Assembly: GCA_964355175.1 (NCBI GenBank) | Contig: CAYHBZ010000001.1 | Span: forward strand, 445-64,444 | Source of the DNA: an uncultured Gammaproteobacteria bacterium | GTDB lineage: Bacteria > Patescibacteriota > Patescibacteriia > Magasanikbacterales > GWA2-37-8 | Length of the DNA: 64,000 nt | Direction of reading: 5' to 3' | Part shown: piece after piece, positions 29,973 through 39,369 of the stretch | How positions within the stretch are numbered: position 1 is the first letter of the stretch | How the letters are laid out: each line of letters opens with the position of its first letter | Program-made: the position numbers and the translations under genes | Notes under the pieces: model-generated | The model's database searches: none | What the model saw: the letters and a program-made list of their open reading frames with translations, nothing else | What the model was told of the DNA's origin: nothing

Positions 29973-31751
29973 ATGGCCGATACTCAACTTATCAAAGAGA
30001 AGATAGATTTGGCCCAATTGGTGCAGGAATATGTGCCACTCAAAAAAGCGGGTATTTATTACAAAGCGCCGTGCCCATTTCATCGCGAAAAAACTCCGTC
30101 CTTCATGGTCAATGCCGAAAAGCAAATTTGGAAATGCTTTGGGTGTGGCAAAGGCGGGGATATTTTTTCGTTTGTGCAAGAAATGGAAGGTCTGGATTTT
30201 GTGGAAGCGCTGAAACTTTTGGCTGAGCGTGCTGGTGTAAAGATTGATAGCTATCGTAGTGAAATAGATAAAAGTCAAAAAAATCGTATTTTGGAAATAA
30301 ATCAAAAAGCCGCTTATTTTTTTCATCATGTATTATTAGAGATGTCCGCTTCAGCTGGCGCTCGTGAATATCTGGAAAATCGTGGATTAAAAAAAGAAAC
30401 TATCGAACAATGGCAAGTTGGTTTTATTCCGGATCAGTGGGATTTGCTCACGCAATATTTTCTCAAAAAAGGTGTGGGTATCGATGATCTTATGGCCGCC
30501 GGCCTTACAATAAAAAAAGATGCCGCTCGCGCCGGACAAGGATTTTATGATCGTTTCCGTGGTCGTATTATGTTCCCAATTTGGAATGTGCATGGCAATG
30601 TGGTGGGTTTCACCGGTCGGGTATTGGTAGAGACCGAGCACAGCGGCGGGAAGTATGTAAACACTCCACAGACTCTGGTTTATGATAAATCACGCGTGCT
30701 CTATGGCCTCAACAATGCCAAAACTGAAATAAAAGCCCAGGACCTAGCTGTAATAGTGGAAGGACAGATGGATGTGGTGGCCTGCCATCAGGCTGGTATG
30801 AAAAATGTAGTCGCCTCGTCTGGCACGGCTTTGACTTTGGAACAAATAAAATTACTAAAAAGATATTCACCAAATGTCGCCATGGCCTTTGACGCGGATA
30901 AAGCCGGAGTCGCCGCCGCCAAAAGGGGGATTGATATCGCGCTTACCGAAGGCTTAAATGTTCGCGCAATTTCAATTCCAGATGGTGCAGGCAAAGACGC
31001 TGATGAATGTTTGAAAAAAAATCCTCAAGTTTGGTTTGATTCAGTCAAAAATGCCAGCGATGTGATGGATTGGTTTTTTGCAATGGCGTTCAATAATAAA
31101 GATGTGTCTGGACCTAAAGCCAAACAGCAGGTGGCTGATGAGCTTCTGCCGCTGGTGGGCTTAATTCCATATGCTGTCGAGCGTGACTATTGGCTCAAAC
31201 AGCTCGGGGATCGTCTGGGAGTGGAAGTATCGGTATTGCGTGATGACCTCAAACGTTTTGATAAAAATAAAAAAGAAGGAAATCAGGTAGACAAAAGACC
31301 GGCGGTGGCCAAAGCCGCGCCGCTCGACACCGTAGAGCGCTTACTCCAGCGTCTACTCATGATTTGGAGCTCGCATCCGGAGTATATATCCGCTCAGTGG
31401 TCCAAGTTAAACTCCCGTTGTTATGTCGGAAGTGTTTATCAACACCTTTACGAATCCATAAAAAATCAGTATAATACCAGCAGTCCATTGAGCACTGCTG
31501 ATTGGCAGAATTTTTTTGTAAATACTGATTTGACTTCGGAGTTTGAAAATTTGAAAATGTTGGCCGCTATCGAGCCCGGTGAAACCGAAGATTCCGATCT
31601 GAAGATTGAAGGCGTAGAAATTGTAGTTCGTATCAATGATGAGTGGTCTAGAAAAAAAAGAAAAGAAATTCAATTTCAACTAGCGCAAGCCGAGAAAATC
31701 GGCGACAAAGAACTTTCCCAAAAATTATTTGTGGAGCTTCAAAATATTTAA
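29973..31751 (+). CDS. dnaG: DNA primase DnaG
   Basis: Zn ribbon CPFH...CFGCG, TOPRIM (EGQMDV..., DAD). Confidence 0.92.
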   Translation: MADTQLIKEKIDLAQLVQEYVPLKKAGIYYKAPCPFHREKTPSFMVNAEKQIWKCFGCGKGGDIFSFVQEMEGLDFVEALKLLAERAGVKIDSYRSEIDKSQKNRILEINQKAAYFFHHVLLEMSASAGAREYLENRGLKKETIEQWQVGFIPDQWDLLTQYFLKKGVGIDDLMAAGLTIKKDAARAGQGFYDRFRGRIMFPIWNVHGNVVGFTGRVLVETEHSGGKYVNTPQTLVYDKSRVLYGLNNAKTEIKAQDLAVIVEGQMDVVACHQAGMKNVVASSGTALTLEQIKLLKRYSPNVAMAFDADKAGVAAAKRGIDIALTEGLNVRAISIPDGAGKDADECLKKNPQVWFDSVKNASDVMDWFFAMAFNNKDVSGPKAKQQVADELLPLVGLIPYAVERDYWLKQLGDRLGVEVSVLRDDLKRFDKNKKEGNQVDKRPAVAKAAPLDTVERLLQRLLMIWSSHPEYISAQWSKLNSRCYVGSVYQHLYESIKNQYNTSSPLSTADWQNFFVNTDLTSEFENLKMLAAIEPGETEDSDLKIEGVEIVVRINDEWSRKKRKEIQFQLAQAEKIGDKELSQKLFVELQNI

Positions 31752-31753
31752 TT

Positions 31754-33070
31754 ATGCCAAAGAAGGTGCAAAAAAAGAAAAAAGTTTTAATGAAAAAATC
31801 AACACCAAAAAAACCGGTTAAAAAACCGGTTGTTAAGATTGTGAAAAAGGAAAAAAAGGTTACGGTCAAAAAACCACAGCCAAAAAAAGTTTTTAAACCT
31901 TTGAAGGCCAAGGCCAAGCTAGAAATTAAAAAACCGAAATTCAAGAAAATAATTCCGGTGGTGGAAGAAGTCGTAATAGAACCTACCAATGACGATCTCT
32001 ACAGATTAATCAGCAAGGGTCGTAATCGTGGCTTTATTACCGATATTGAAATGCTAGGGCTAATAAAGCGTCCGGAATGTTATTTGGATTTATACGAAGG
32101 ATTTTTGGATGCACTAGATCGCAATGGTGTGACTGTGGTGGAATCAAACGCGAATTTGCTCGGTGTAAAACCAGAGCACAAAGAAACCTTGAAACAATTC
32201 CAAGGGGCTCAGCCGGATATGGACAGTCCTTTTGATTTGGGTGAAATTTCCTCCGATTCAATTCAGATGTATTTGCGTGAAATTGGTAAAATTCCTTTGC
32301 TCAAAGGTGATGAAGAAGTATCTCTAGCCAAACGCAAAGAGCGTGGTGATAAAGTAGCCGAACGAAAAATTATTGAAGCCAACTTGCGTTTGGTAGTTTC
32401 GATTGCCAAAAAATTTGTCGGCAAAAGTTTGTCTTTGCTTGATCTGATTCAAGAAGGTAATATCGGTCTTTTCCGTGCCGTGAAAAAATTTGATCACCGC
32501 AAAGGTTATAAATTTTCTACTTACGCCACTTGGTGGATTCGTCAGGCTATCACCCGTGCTTTGGCCGACCAATCCCGTACCATTCGTATTCCGGTACATA
32601 TGGTGGAAACCATCAATCGTTTCCAACAAGTACAGCGCCGTCTTACTCAGGATTTGGGTCGTGACCCAACTCCGGAAGAATTAGCCGCCGAAATGGGCGA
32701 GGAAGTTACCAAAATTCAACACATTATCAAAATTTCTCAGGATACCGTATCGCTCGATGTGTCGGTGGGTGACGACGATGAAGATACTCAGCTCGGTGAT
32801 TTCATCGAAGATGTTAAAAATGTTTCACCAGATCGTGCTGCCGGATTGCAGATCTTGCGTGACTATGTCAAAGAGGCTATCAAGTCGCTTTCTCCTCGTG
32901 AACAAAAAATTCTCGAAATGCGTTTTGGGTTGGCTGATGGTGTAACCCATACTTTGGAAGAAGTGGGTCAGGAATTTGGGGTTACGCGTGAACGTATTCG
33001 TCAGATCGAAGCCAAGGCTTTGGAAAAAATTCAGCATACGGATTTGATTGGTAAGCTTAAGGATTATTAA
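31754..33070 (+). CDS. rpoD: primary sigma factor RpoD with a Lys-rich N-terminal extension
   Basis: Regions 1.2-4 ([23 protein letters not shown], region 4 HTH); residues ~1-80 are KKPVKK-type repeats. Confidence 0.93.
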   Translation: MPKKVQKKKKVLMKKSTPKKPVKKPVVKIVKKEKKVTVKKPQPKKVFKPLKAKAKLEIKKPKFKKIIPVVEEVVIEPTNDDLYRLISKGRNRGFITDIEMLGLIKRPECYLDLYEGFLDALDRNGVTVVESNANLLGVKPEHKETLKQFQGAQPDMDSPFDLGEISSDSIQMYLREIGKIPLLKGDEEVSLAKRKERGDKVAERKIIEANLRLVVSIAKKFVGKSLSLLDLIQEGNIGLFRAVKKFDHRKGYKFSTYATWWIRQAITRALADQSRTIRIPVHMVETINRFQQVQRRLTQDLGRDPTPEELAAEMGEEVTKIQHIIKISQDTVSLDVSVGDDDEDTQLGDFIEDVKNVSPDRAAGLQILRDYVKEAIKSLSPREQKILEMRFGLADGVTHTLEEVGQEFGVTRERIRQIEAKALEKIQHTDLIGKLKDY

Positions 33071-33086
33071 TTTTTCTTCTGTCTTC

Positions 33087-33270
33087 ATCAACTAGGTATT
33101 TCCTCGCTCTCTCACCTATGAAAATCCTAGGATAATTTGCAACCCACCGAAGCTCTGGCCGTGAACTCGTCGCTTGGCTCCTCAAACAGCACGGCCAGCC
33201 ACGCTTCGTTGGCTCACAAATTATTTCCTAGGATTTTCAGCGGTTCGTTCGGAGGAAATACCTAGTTGAT
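33087..33270 (+). ncRNA. 184-nt nested palindromic element; candidate 6S-like RNA or MITE
   Basis: Perfect 19-bp terminal inverted repeats, ~20-bp inner inverted repeats, a 13/14-nt internal bubble and a GC-rich apical hairpin. Confidence 0.4.
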
Positions 33271-33280
33271 TCTTAATTAT

Positions 33281-34354
33281 ATGAAAATTGTCTTTTCTGG
33301 TGGGGGTACGCTTGGGCCGGTGACGCCGCTTTTGGCGGTGGCGCAGGCTTATAGGGAAAAATATCCGGAAACTGAATTTGTCTGGGTAGGTACAGTCAAT
33401 GGTCCGGAGCGTGAATTGGTGGAAAGAAATAATATTAAATTTGTCACTCTCACGGCCGGCAAATGGCGTCGTTATTTTTCTTTGTTAAATATTTTTGATA
33501 TTTTCCGTTTTGCTGTTGGTTTTTTTGAATCAGTGGTTTTTATTGTGCGCGAAAAACCCGCTTTACTAATTTCGGCTGGTGGGTATGTCAGCGTGCCTTT
33601 GCATTGGGCGGGGGCGATGTTTGGAATACCGCAGTGGATACACCAACAGGATTTTCAAGTTGGCCTGGCCAATCAGCTGATGAGCAAAACCGCCAAAGTA
33701 ATTACCGTGGCTCTGAAAAAAAATCTTTCCGCTTTTAATATTAAAAAAACTATTTGGCTTGGTAATCCGGTGCGTCCTGAGCTTTTTAAGGGAGATAAAG
33801 CGGCCGCGAAAAAAATGTTTGGTATAAAATCCGATCTGCCGGTAATCCTAGCCATGGGCGGGGGAACGGGGTCGCTGAAATTAAACCAAATGGTGGTGGA
33901 ATCTATTCAACATCTCCAAGGTTTCTGTGAAATAATTCATCTCTCCGGCAAAGAACGTCCGCAAGAATTAGTGGATCATGCCGCCAAATATTTTGATTAT
34001 TATCACCACTATCAATTTTTAAATAAAGAAATGGCCGACGCCTATGCGGCGGCGGATTTGGTAATTTCACGTGGCGGATTTGGTTCAATTTCCGAAATTG
34101 CCGCTCTGAAAAAGCCGGCGATCTTGATCCCGAAACCGGGCCATCAGTTTGATAATGTAAAATTTATTGCCGATGATCAGGCCGCTGTTTTTGTGGATGA
34201 GCGAGTTTCCGACGGTTTGTATCTTGCCAAAATTATAAAAAGGTTGTTAAATAATGATATCGAAAGAGTGCAGATGGCGAATAGGTTGAATAGTTTAATG
34301 CCTTCGGCTGAAAAGGAAGCTTTGGTTGATATAGTTAACAAATTATTAAAATGA
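33281..34354 (+). CDS. murG: MurG UDP-GlcNAc:lipid I N-acetylglucosaminyltransferase (GT28)
   Basis: MKIVFSGGGTLGP N-terminus; C-terminal GGxGS...PKPGHQ pattern; the ORF track extends to a TTG at 33266 inside the palindrome. Confidence 0.8.
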   Translation: MKIVFSGGGTLGPVTPLLAVAQAYREKYPETEFVWVGTVNGPERELVERNNIKFVTLTAGKWRRYFSLLNIFDIFRFAVGFFESVVFIVREKPALLISAGGYVSVPLHWAGAMFGIPQWIHQQDFQVGLANQLMSKTAKVITVALKKNLSAFNIKKTIWLGNPVRPELFKGDKAAAKKMFGIKSDLPVILAMGGGTGSLKLNQMVVESIQHLQGFCEIIHLSGKERPQELVDHAAKYFDYYHHYQFLNKEMADAYAAADLVISRGGFGSISEIAALKKPAILIPKPGHQFDNVKFIADDQAAVFVDERVSDGLYLAKIIKRLLNNDIERVQMANRLNSLMPSAEKEALVDIVNKLLK

Positions 34355-34596
34355 AACATTTTTAACGAATGTTTTGTATTAATAACATGGCAGGACAAGC
34401 AATTGTTTTGTCGGAGTCGCTAACGCGACCAAACACGCAAAGACCCGCTGAGAAATCAACGGGTTCTTTGTTTTTAAATTCTTTAAAATTAGCCAAAATA
34501 TTGTATTTTTTGAAACATAAAGCAGAGTATGCTCGTAGTAATTTCTGGGAGAGGGTAAAAAGGTCGAACTTTTTAATCATCTAATGTATATAAATT

Positions 34597-35418
34597 ATGA
34601 AAAAACTCAATTCATGGCTATTTATGACTCTTTTAGTTGGTTCTCTCGCCCTTGGTATTACCGCCTCTGCTCAGGATTCTGATGATAGAGATGTCAGAGT
34701 AGCGACTACCGCCAGTGTGGATGCCGAAGCCAGGGTAAACTTTGAAGGTTCAAATTTATTTCCTCCACTACCCGATGTATCCAAATTCCTTTCCAAACCG
34801 GCTTCTTCCAGCTCCGTATCCAGTAGTATGCAGAAAATAGTGGAAGCTGATATCAAGCTTGTGGACGCTCGTCTTTCCGCTTTAGCTAGTTTGAAAGTTG
34901 AAATTGATCGCAGTGCTTATTTGACCGCCAGCCAGAAAACTAGTTTGAAAGCTATGGTAGATAGCAATATTTCCGGGTTAACTACTTTGCTTGCCAAGAT
35001 TAAAGCCGATACGGATTTGGCCGTATTGAAAGCTGATTCAGAAAAAATTTATACCGACTTTCGTATTTTCTCCGTGTTTACTCCAAAGATCAAGGCATTA
35101 ATAGCGTTTTATTCTCAAGCCAATTATTCTGGAAAAGCCAATGAAGTATTGGTAGTGGTACAGAATAAGCTGAATGACTTCAAAGATGCTGGTGTGAATG
35201 TAGTGGCCAACCAGGCCGCCCTCGACGCCGCTAAAGCCTCTTTGGTTCAGGCCAACGCCAAGATTGGCACTATGACTACCAAAGCTTCGGATTTGAAACC
35301 TTCGGACTTTCCTACAATCAGCGCTACTGTAATTTCAGACCTGAAAGTAGGTGTTAGACAAGTTCGTGATTTCTTTGTCCAAGTAAGTAATAGTTTGAGA
35401 GCCGCTATTAGATTGTAA
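34597..35418 (+). CDS. secreted hypothetical protein
   Basis: Signal peptide (ASA-QDS), then an Ala/Ser/Lys-rich helical protein. Confidence 0.55.
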   Translation: MKKLNSWLFMTLLVGSLALGITASAQDSDDRDVRVATTASVDAEARVNFEGSNLFPPLPDVSKFLSKPASSSSVSSSMQKIVEADIKLVDARLSALASLKVEIDRSAYLTASQKTSLKAMVDSNISGLTTLLAKIKADTDLAVLKADSEKIYTDFRIFSVFTPKIKALIAFYSQANYSGKANEVLVVVQNKLNDFKDAGVNVVANQAALDAAKASLVQANAKIGTMTTKASDLKPSDFPTISATVISDLKVGVRQVRDFFVQVSNSLRAAIRL

Positions 35419-35428
35419 TATGTAATAT

Positions 35429-35560
35429 GAGCCGGGGCGCTCACGTCGGAGTCCCGACTCAGTCGGGACTCCTCCTGCGGAAACCTTCGGGTTTCCGCAG
35501 ACCTTCCTCCGCAATGTGGGGAAATACTTTCCCCACCACCCCTTGGTTCGAGCCCCGGCC
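35429..35560 (+). ncRNA. GC-rich multi-hairpin element with a tRNA-like 3' end (candidate structured RNA)
   Basis: Three perfect hairpins including a C(UUCG)G tetraloop; 5' GCCGGGG pairs with 3' CCCCGGC next to a GGTTCGAGCC T-loop-like sequence; followed by a terminator. Confidence 0.35.
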
Positions 35561-35570
35561 AAAATAAAAA

Positions 35571-35598
35571 ACATTCTAATAAATTAGAATGTTTTTTT
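35571..35598. terminator. bidirectional terminator (A-run, ACATTCTA/TAGAATGT stem, T-run)
   Basis: Lies between the plus-strand structured element and minus-strand tRNA-Lys. Confidence 0.7.
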
Positions 35599-35599
35599 G

Positions 35600-35672
35600 T
35601 GGGCCGGCCGGGGCTCGAACCCGGGACCTTATCCTTAAAAGGGATCTGCTCTACCAGCTGAGCTACCGGCCC
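35600..35672 (-). tRNA. tRNA-Lys (anticodon UUU)
   Basis: Manual cloverleaf: GGGCCGG acceptor, GCTC/GAGC D-stem, CTTTTAA loop, TTCGAGC T-loop; CCA not encoded. Confidence 0.85.
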
Positions 35673-35747
35673 ATTTTCCGTAGACAAAACGATAGTGATA
35701 ATGATATAATAAAATCAATAAAAAATCAAGACCTTTAATTCTAAACA

Positions 35748-36332
35748 GTGGATAATTGTATGATGGACAAAAAATATCTTCAGTCAATCAGGACTGATCT
35801 ACTTGGTTATGCGCAGAAAAGACGAGAAGTCATAAAGATGTCCGGTGACGCCCAGCAACACTCTAAAAAAGCCATTTTTGCCCTTCAGCGTGATGATAAG
35901 GCGGGTGCCGACGAGCGCTTTGCTTTGGCCAAAGCCTTATTTTTGGATTTGGAAAAAAAGTTTAAAAAAGAACCGGGTTTGCTCGACGAAGGCTCATATC
36001 GCGCCGCACTGGAAGAATATGTGGAAGCGGTTTTATTTCATGATTTTATTGCCGGCAAATCAGTTGGTAAAATAAAAAATATAGCTATAGATTCTGATGC
36101 TTATATTAGTGGCCTGTGCGATGTGCCGGGCGAACTCTATCGTTATGCTATCAAATCCGCCACGGCGCGTGATTTTGAAATGACCAAAAAATGTTTTGGT
36201 TATGCTCAAGAAATTATCGGTGAATTAATTGATATGGATCTTACCGGCTATCATCGTAATAAATTTGATCAGGCCAAACAAGCTTTACACAAACTCCAAG
36301 AAGTAGTCTACGAAGTAAGTTTGCGCGCCTAA
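35748..36332 (+). CDS. translin-family protein (putative)
   Basis: All-helical; SKKAIFALQR, EEYVEAVLFHDF, GLCDVPGELYRYAI resemble translin-family blocks. Confidence 0.5.
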   Translation: MDNCMMDKKYLQSIRTDLLGYAQKRREVIKMSGDAQQHSKKAIFALQRDDKAGADERFALAKALFLDLEKKFKKEPGLLDEGSYRAALEEYVEAVLFHDFIAGKSVGKIKNIAIDSDAYISGLCDVPGELYRYAIKSATARDFEMTKKCFGYAQEIIGELIDMDLTGYHRNKFDQAKQALHKLQEVVYEVSLRA

Positions 36333-36337
36333 AAAAT

Positions 36338-37633
36338 ATGTTTCAACAAAGATTAAAAAATCTAAAACATTTTTTGGTTGCCTTTTTCGCTTATTGGTAT
36401 TACGGCCGTCCGGCTCGTAAATTAATAGTGGTAGGGGTGACCGGTACCAAAGGGAAGTCTACGACCTCTCGTTTTGTTGCTTCTGCTCTGCAGGCTGGTG
36501 GATATAAAGTGGGTCTGCTTTCCACGGTTGAATTTCAAGTAGCCGACAAACGCTGGCTGAATGATAAAAAAATGACCATGCTTGGGTTGGGGCAGATTCA
36601 AAAAATGCTACGCGATATGGTACTGGCCGGCTGTCAGTACGCAGTGGTGGAAACATCATCGGAAGGCATTTTGCAATATCGTCACTTTGGTTTGCGCTAT
36701 GATATCGCTGTATTTACCAATCTCGGCACCGAGCACAACGAGCGTCACGGCGGGTTTGAAAATTTGCGTGGCGACAAAGGCAAATTATTTGAACAATTGA
36801 AAAAATATCCTCATAAAATTTTTAATAATAAAAAAGTAGAAAAAATTATTACCGTGAATCTGGATGATACGAATGCCAATTTTTATCTCAATTATTCTGC
36901 GGATAAAAAAATTGGTTTTGGTATAAAAAATAAAAATAGCGATTTACCACAAAATTATTTTGGTGAAATTTTGGCTTCTTCCGCCTCCGGCGTGGATTTC
37001 TTGGTAGATCAAAAAAAATATCATATCAATTTAGCCGGAGAATTCAATGTCTATAATGCTCTAGCCGCGATTGCGGTAGCGTCTTCACAAAATATTTCCG
37101 CGGAAAAAATTTCACAGGGACTTGATAGTGTAAAAATGCTCGAAGGCCGTATGGAATTTATCGAAGCTGGTCAGACATTTAAAGTAATCGTGGATTACGC
37201 GCACGAACCGATGAGTCTGACCGAATTATTTATAAATCTTAAAAAAATGGTTAGTGGCAAAGTAATTGCAGTCATCGGCTCAGATGGCGGCGGGCGTGAT
37301 GTTTCCAAGCGTTCCAAAATGGGTGAGATCGCCGGCCGGCTCTGTGACTATGTGATAGTGTCGGATGTAAATTGCTATGACGAAGACCCGGTGCAGATAG
37401 CGCAAATGTTGGCCGATGGCGCCAAACAAGCCGGGAAAATTCAAAATGAAAACTTATTTGTAGTAGTGGATAGGCGCCAGGGCATAGAGCAAGCGATTGA
37501 GTTGGCTCAGCCAAATGATGTCGTGGTAATCACCGCCAAAGGGACCGAGCCATATATCGGAGTAGCCAATGGTAAAAAAATCCCTTGGGATGATAGAGTG
37601 GTCGCCAGAGAAATTTTGCAAAAAGTGGTATAA
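36338..37633 (+). CDS. Mur ligase family protein (MurE-like)
   Basis: GVTGTKGKSTT P-loop, DYAHEP, C-terminal Mur-ligase domain. Confidence 0.7.
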   Translation: MFQQRLKNLKHFLVAFFAYWYYGRPARKLIVVGVTGTKGKSTTSRFVASALQAGGYKVGLLSTVEFQVADKRWLNDKKMTMLGLGQIQKMLRDMVLAGCQYAVVETSSEGILQYRHFGLRYDIAVFTNLGTEHNERHGGFENLRGDKGKLFEQLKKYPHKIFNNKKVEKIITVNLDDTNANFYLNYSADKKIGFGIKNKNSDLPQNYFGEILASSASGVDFLVDQKKYHINLAGEFNVYNALAAIAVASSQNISAEKISQGLDSVKMLEGRMEFIEAGQTFKVIVDYAHEPMSLTELFINLKKMVSGKVIAVIGSDGGGRDVSKRSKMGEIAGRLCDYVIVSDVNCYDEDPVQIAQMLADGAKQAGKIQNENLFVVVDRRQGIEQAIELAQPNDVVVITAKGTEPYIGVANGKKIPWDDRVVAREILQKVV

Positions 37634-37640
37634 TGTATTT

Positions 37641-38045
37641 ATGGCAAACAAAGATCAGAATCAGAAGTGGAAACAGATATTTTATTCGCGCTGGTTTTTG
37701 GCGTTGTTATTTGGGTTAACTTTTTTATTAATAATTTCTTATATTCGCGCTTATTATCAGGAATTTCAAGTGCGCCAAGAAATTAGTAATTTACAAGAAC
37801 AGCTCAGGTCGTTGGAATCCAAGAAAATTGAGACCGTGGAACTGCTCAAATACGCCCAGTCGTCCACTTTTGTAGAAGAAAAAGCGCGGACTGAATTAAA
37901 CCTTATAAAACCGGGTGAAAACGCGGTGATTATCACCAGCGGCTCCGAACTTCTCGCGAATAGACAAGAAAAAACAAATATGATAAAATGGTCGCAAGTT
38001 TCAAACCCAATAAAATGGTTTAAATTTTTCTTTATTACTAAATAA
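37641..38045 (+). CDS. FtsB/DivIC-like septum formation initiator
   Basis: Short cytoplasmic tail, single TM, coiled coil (LQEQLRSLESKKIE...), EEKARTELNLIKPGE motif. Confidence 0.6.
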   Translation: MANKDQNQKWKQIFYSRWFLALLFGLTFLLIISYIRAYYQEFQVRQEISNLQEQLRSLESKKIETVELLKYAQSSTFVEEKARTELNLIKPGENAVIITSGSELLANRQEKTNMIKWSQVSNPIKWFKFFFITK

Positions 38046-38052
38046 TTTTTAT

Positions 38053-39036
38053 ATGGAAATACAAAACGAACAAAATAATTTGAAGATGTTTGGATACGGA
38101 TTGGCTGGTATTTTGGCCGTGGCCTTGGTAGGCTCGGTAGTCTGTGGCGTGTATAGAGTATATGCCAAAGCCGCTACGGATAATTTCACCGTCACTGTGG
38201 CCAAAGTTTTGCGTTTGCCGGCAATGAAGGTAAATGGTGAGCGCGTGCTCTATTCCGATTACGCCGAAGATTTGCGCGCTATCCATACGTTGGTAGCCTA
38301 CGACAAAGCCACGGGTGGTAATAATGCTTCTCTTACAGAAGAGCAAATGTCTGATCAAGTGTTGTGGAGATTGGCCAATAATATTTTGGTCAAAGAATCC
38401 GCTCAAAAGTATGGTGTGTCTGTTGATGAAAAAGATATGGAAGTTATCAAGAGTAACTTATTGCAACAATTTAAAAATGAAGATGAAATTAATAACGAGA
38501 TCGTGAAGCGCTATGGCTGGACATTCGCGCAGTATCAAAATAAAGTAGTAAAAAATTATATCTTACAGCAGAAAATTTCTGAAAAAATTCAAGGAGATCA
38601 ATCTGGCCGTGAAGCTATTCGTAATAAAGCTTTGACTGTATTAAACGAAATTAAAGCCGGTAAAGATTTTGCCGCTCAAGCAAAAGTTTATGCCGAAGAT
38701 GGTACCAAGGAAAATGGCGGTGACTTGGGCTGGTTTGGAAAAGGGGATATGGTGCCGGAATTTGAAAACGCTGTGTACGCTTTGAAACCTGGTCAGATCA
38801 CCCAGGATTTAGTAGAAACTCAGTATGGATACCACATTATAAAATTGGAAGAAGTAAAGACTGAAAAGGTAAAAGACGACAAAGGCAAGAATGTGGATCA
38901 GCAGAAAGTGCATGCCCGTCACATTTTATTCAAATTCCCGGATTCCAGCACTTATATGGATAGTTTGGCCAAATCCGCCAAATTTCATTTGTACCTAAAA
39001 GTGCACAATCCTTTCACAGAATTATTGGTTAAATAA
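38053..39036 (+). CDS. PpiC-type peptidyl-prolyl isomerase (PrsA/SurA-like foldase)
   Basis: N-terminal TM anchor; parvulin domain (GGDLGWFGKGDMVPEFE..., YGYHIIKLEE). Confidence 0.8.
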   Translation: MEIQNEQNNLKMFGYGLAGILAVALVGSVVCGVYRVYAKAATDNFTVTVAKVLRLPAMKVNGERVLYSDYAEDLRAIHTLVAYDKATGGNNASLTEEQMSDQVLWRLANNILVKESAQKYGVSVDEKDMEVIKSNLLQQFKNEDEINNEIVKRYGWTFAQYQNKVVKNYILQQKISEKIQGDQSGREAIRNKALTVLNEIKAGKDFAAQAKVYAEDGTKENGGDLGWFGKGDMVPEFENAVYALKPGQITQDLVETQYGYHIIKLEEVKTEKVKDDKGKNVDQQKVHARHILFKFPDSSTYMDSLAKSAKFHLYLKVHNPFTELLVK

Positions 39037-39074
39037 ATCTAATACCTCCTCGATTCAATCGGGGAGGTTTTTTA

Positions 39075-39145
39075 GCGGGGTTAGTACAGTGGTAGTATGT
39101 GGCCTTCCCAAGGCCAAGATGCGGGTTCGATTCCCGTATCCCGCT
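39075..39145 (+). tRNA. tRNA-Gly (anticodon CCC)
   Basis: Manual fold; loop TTCCCAA, T-loop TTCGATT. Confidence 0.8.
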
Positions 39146-39182
39146 CAAATAAAACGCATTAAGAATTTAGTGCGTTTTTAAA

Positions 39183-39211
39183 TTGACTTCTTCGCTGTAA
39201 AAAGATATAAT
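39183..39211 (+). promoter_or_regulatory. consensus sigma70 promoter TTGACT-N17-TATAAT ahead of tRNA-Thr
   Basis: Exact hexamers with a 17-nt spacer, 13 nt upstream of the tRNA. Confidence 0.7.
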
Positions 39212-39224
39212 CTCACTGTTTTTA

Positions 39225-39297
39225 GCCGACCTAGCTCAGTTGGTAGAGCGACGGTATCGTAAACCGTAGGTCATGGGTTCAATTCCCATGGTCGGCT
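39225..39297 (+). tRNA. tRNA-Thr (anticodon CGU)
   Basis: Manual fold; GCCGACC acceptor, loop ATCGTAA. Confidence 0.8.
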
Positions 39298-39369
39298 CAA
39301 TTTATACACACCTAAAGGTGTGTTTTTGTTTATTGAAATATATGATATAATAATCAATGTATTATAGTT

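Noticed and set aside
33266-33280. TTG start extending murG by five codons
   Set aside because: The extension lies inside the perfect right arm of the 184-nt palindrome. The canonical MKIVFSGGGT N-terminus begins at the ATG at 33281.
34369-34584. 71-aa ORF in the murG-downstream intergenic region, and the idea that this region encodes an SRP or other known sRNA
   Set aside because: There is no RBS, no conserved motif and no SRP domain IV consensus. Only weak hairpins are present. It is kept as unannotated intergenic DNA.
35429-35560. tmRNA as the identity of the tRNA-like structured element
   Set aside because: It is only ~130 nt, has no tag-peptide reading frame or resume codon, and its acceptor end lacks the typical tmRNA T-arm.
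35247-35687. 146-aa minus-strand ORF spanning tRNA-Lys and the GC-rich structured element
   Set aside because: It is the translation of a tRNA gene and hairpin DNA (…AQLVEQ…GSSPGRP… is the classic tRNA-derived artefact), not a protein.
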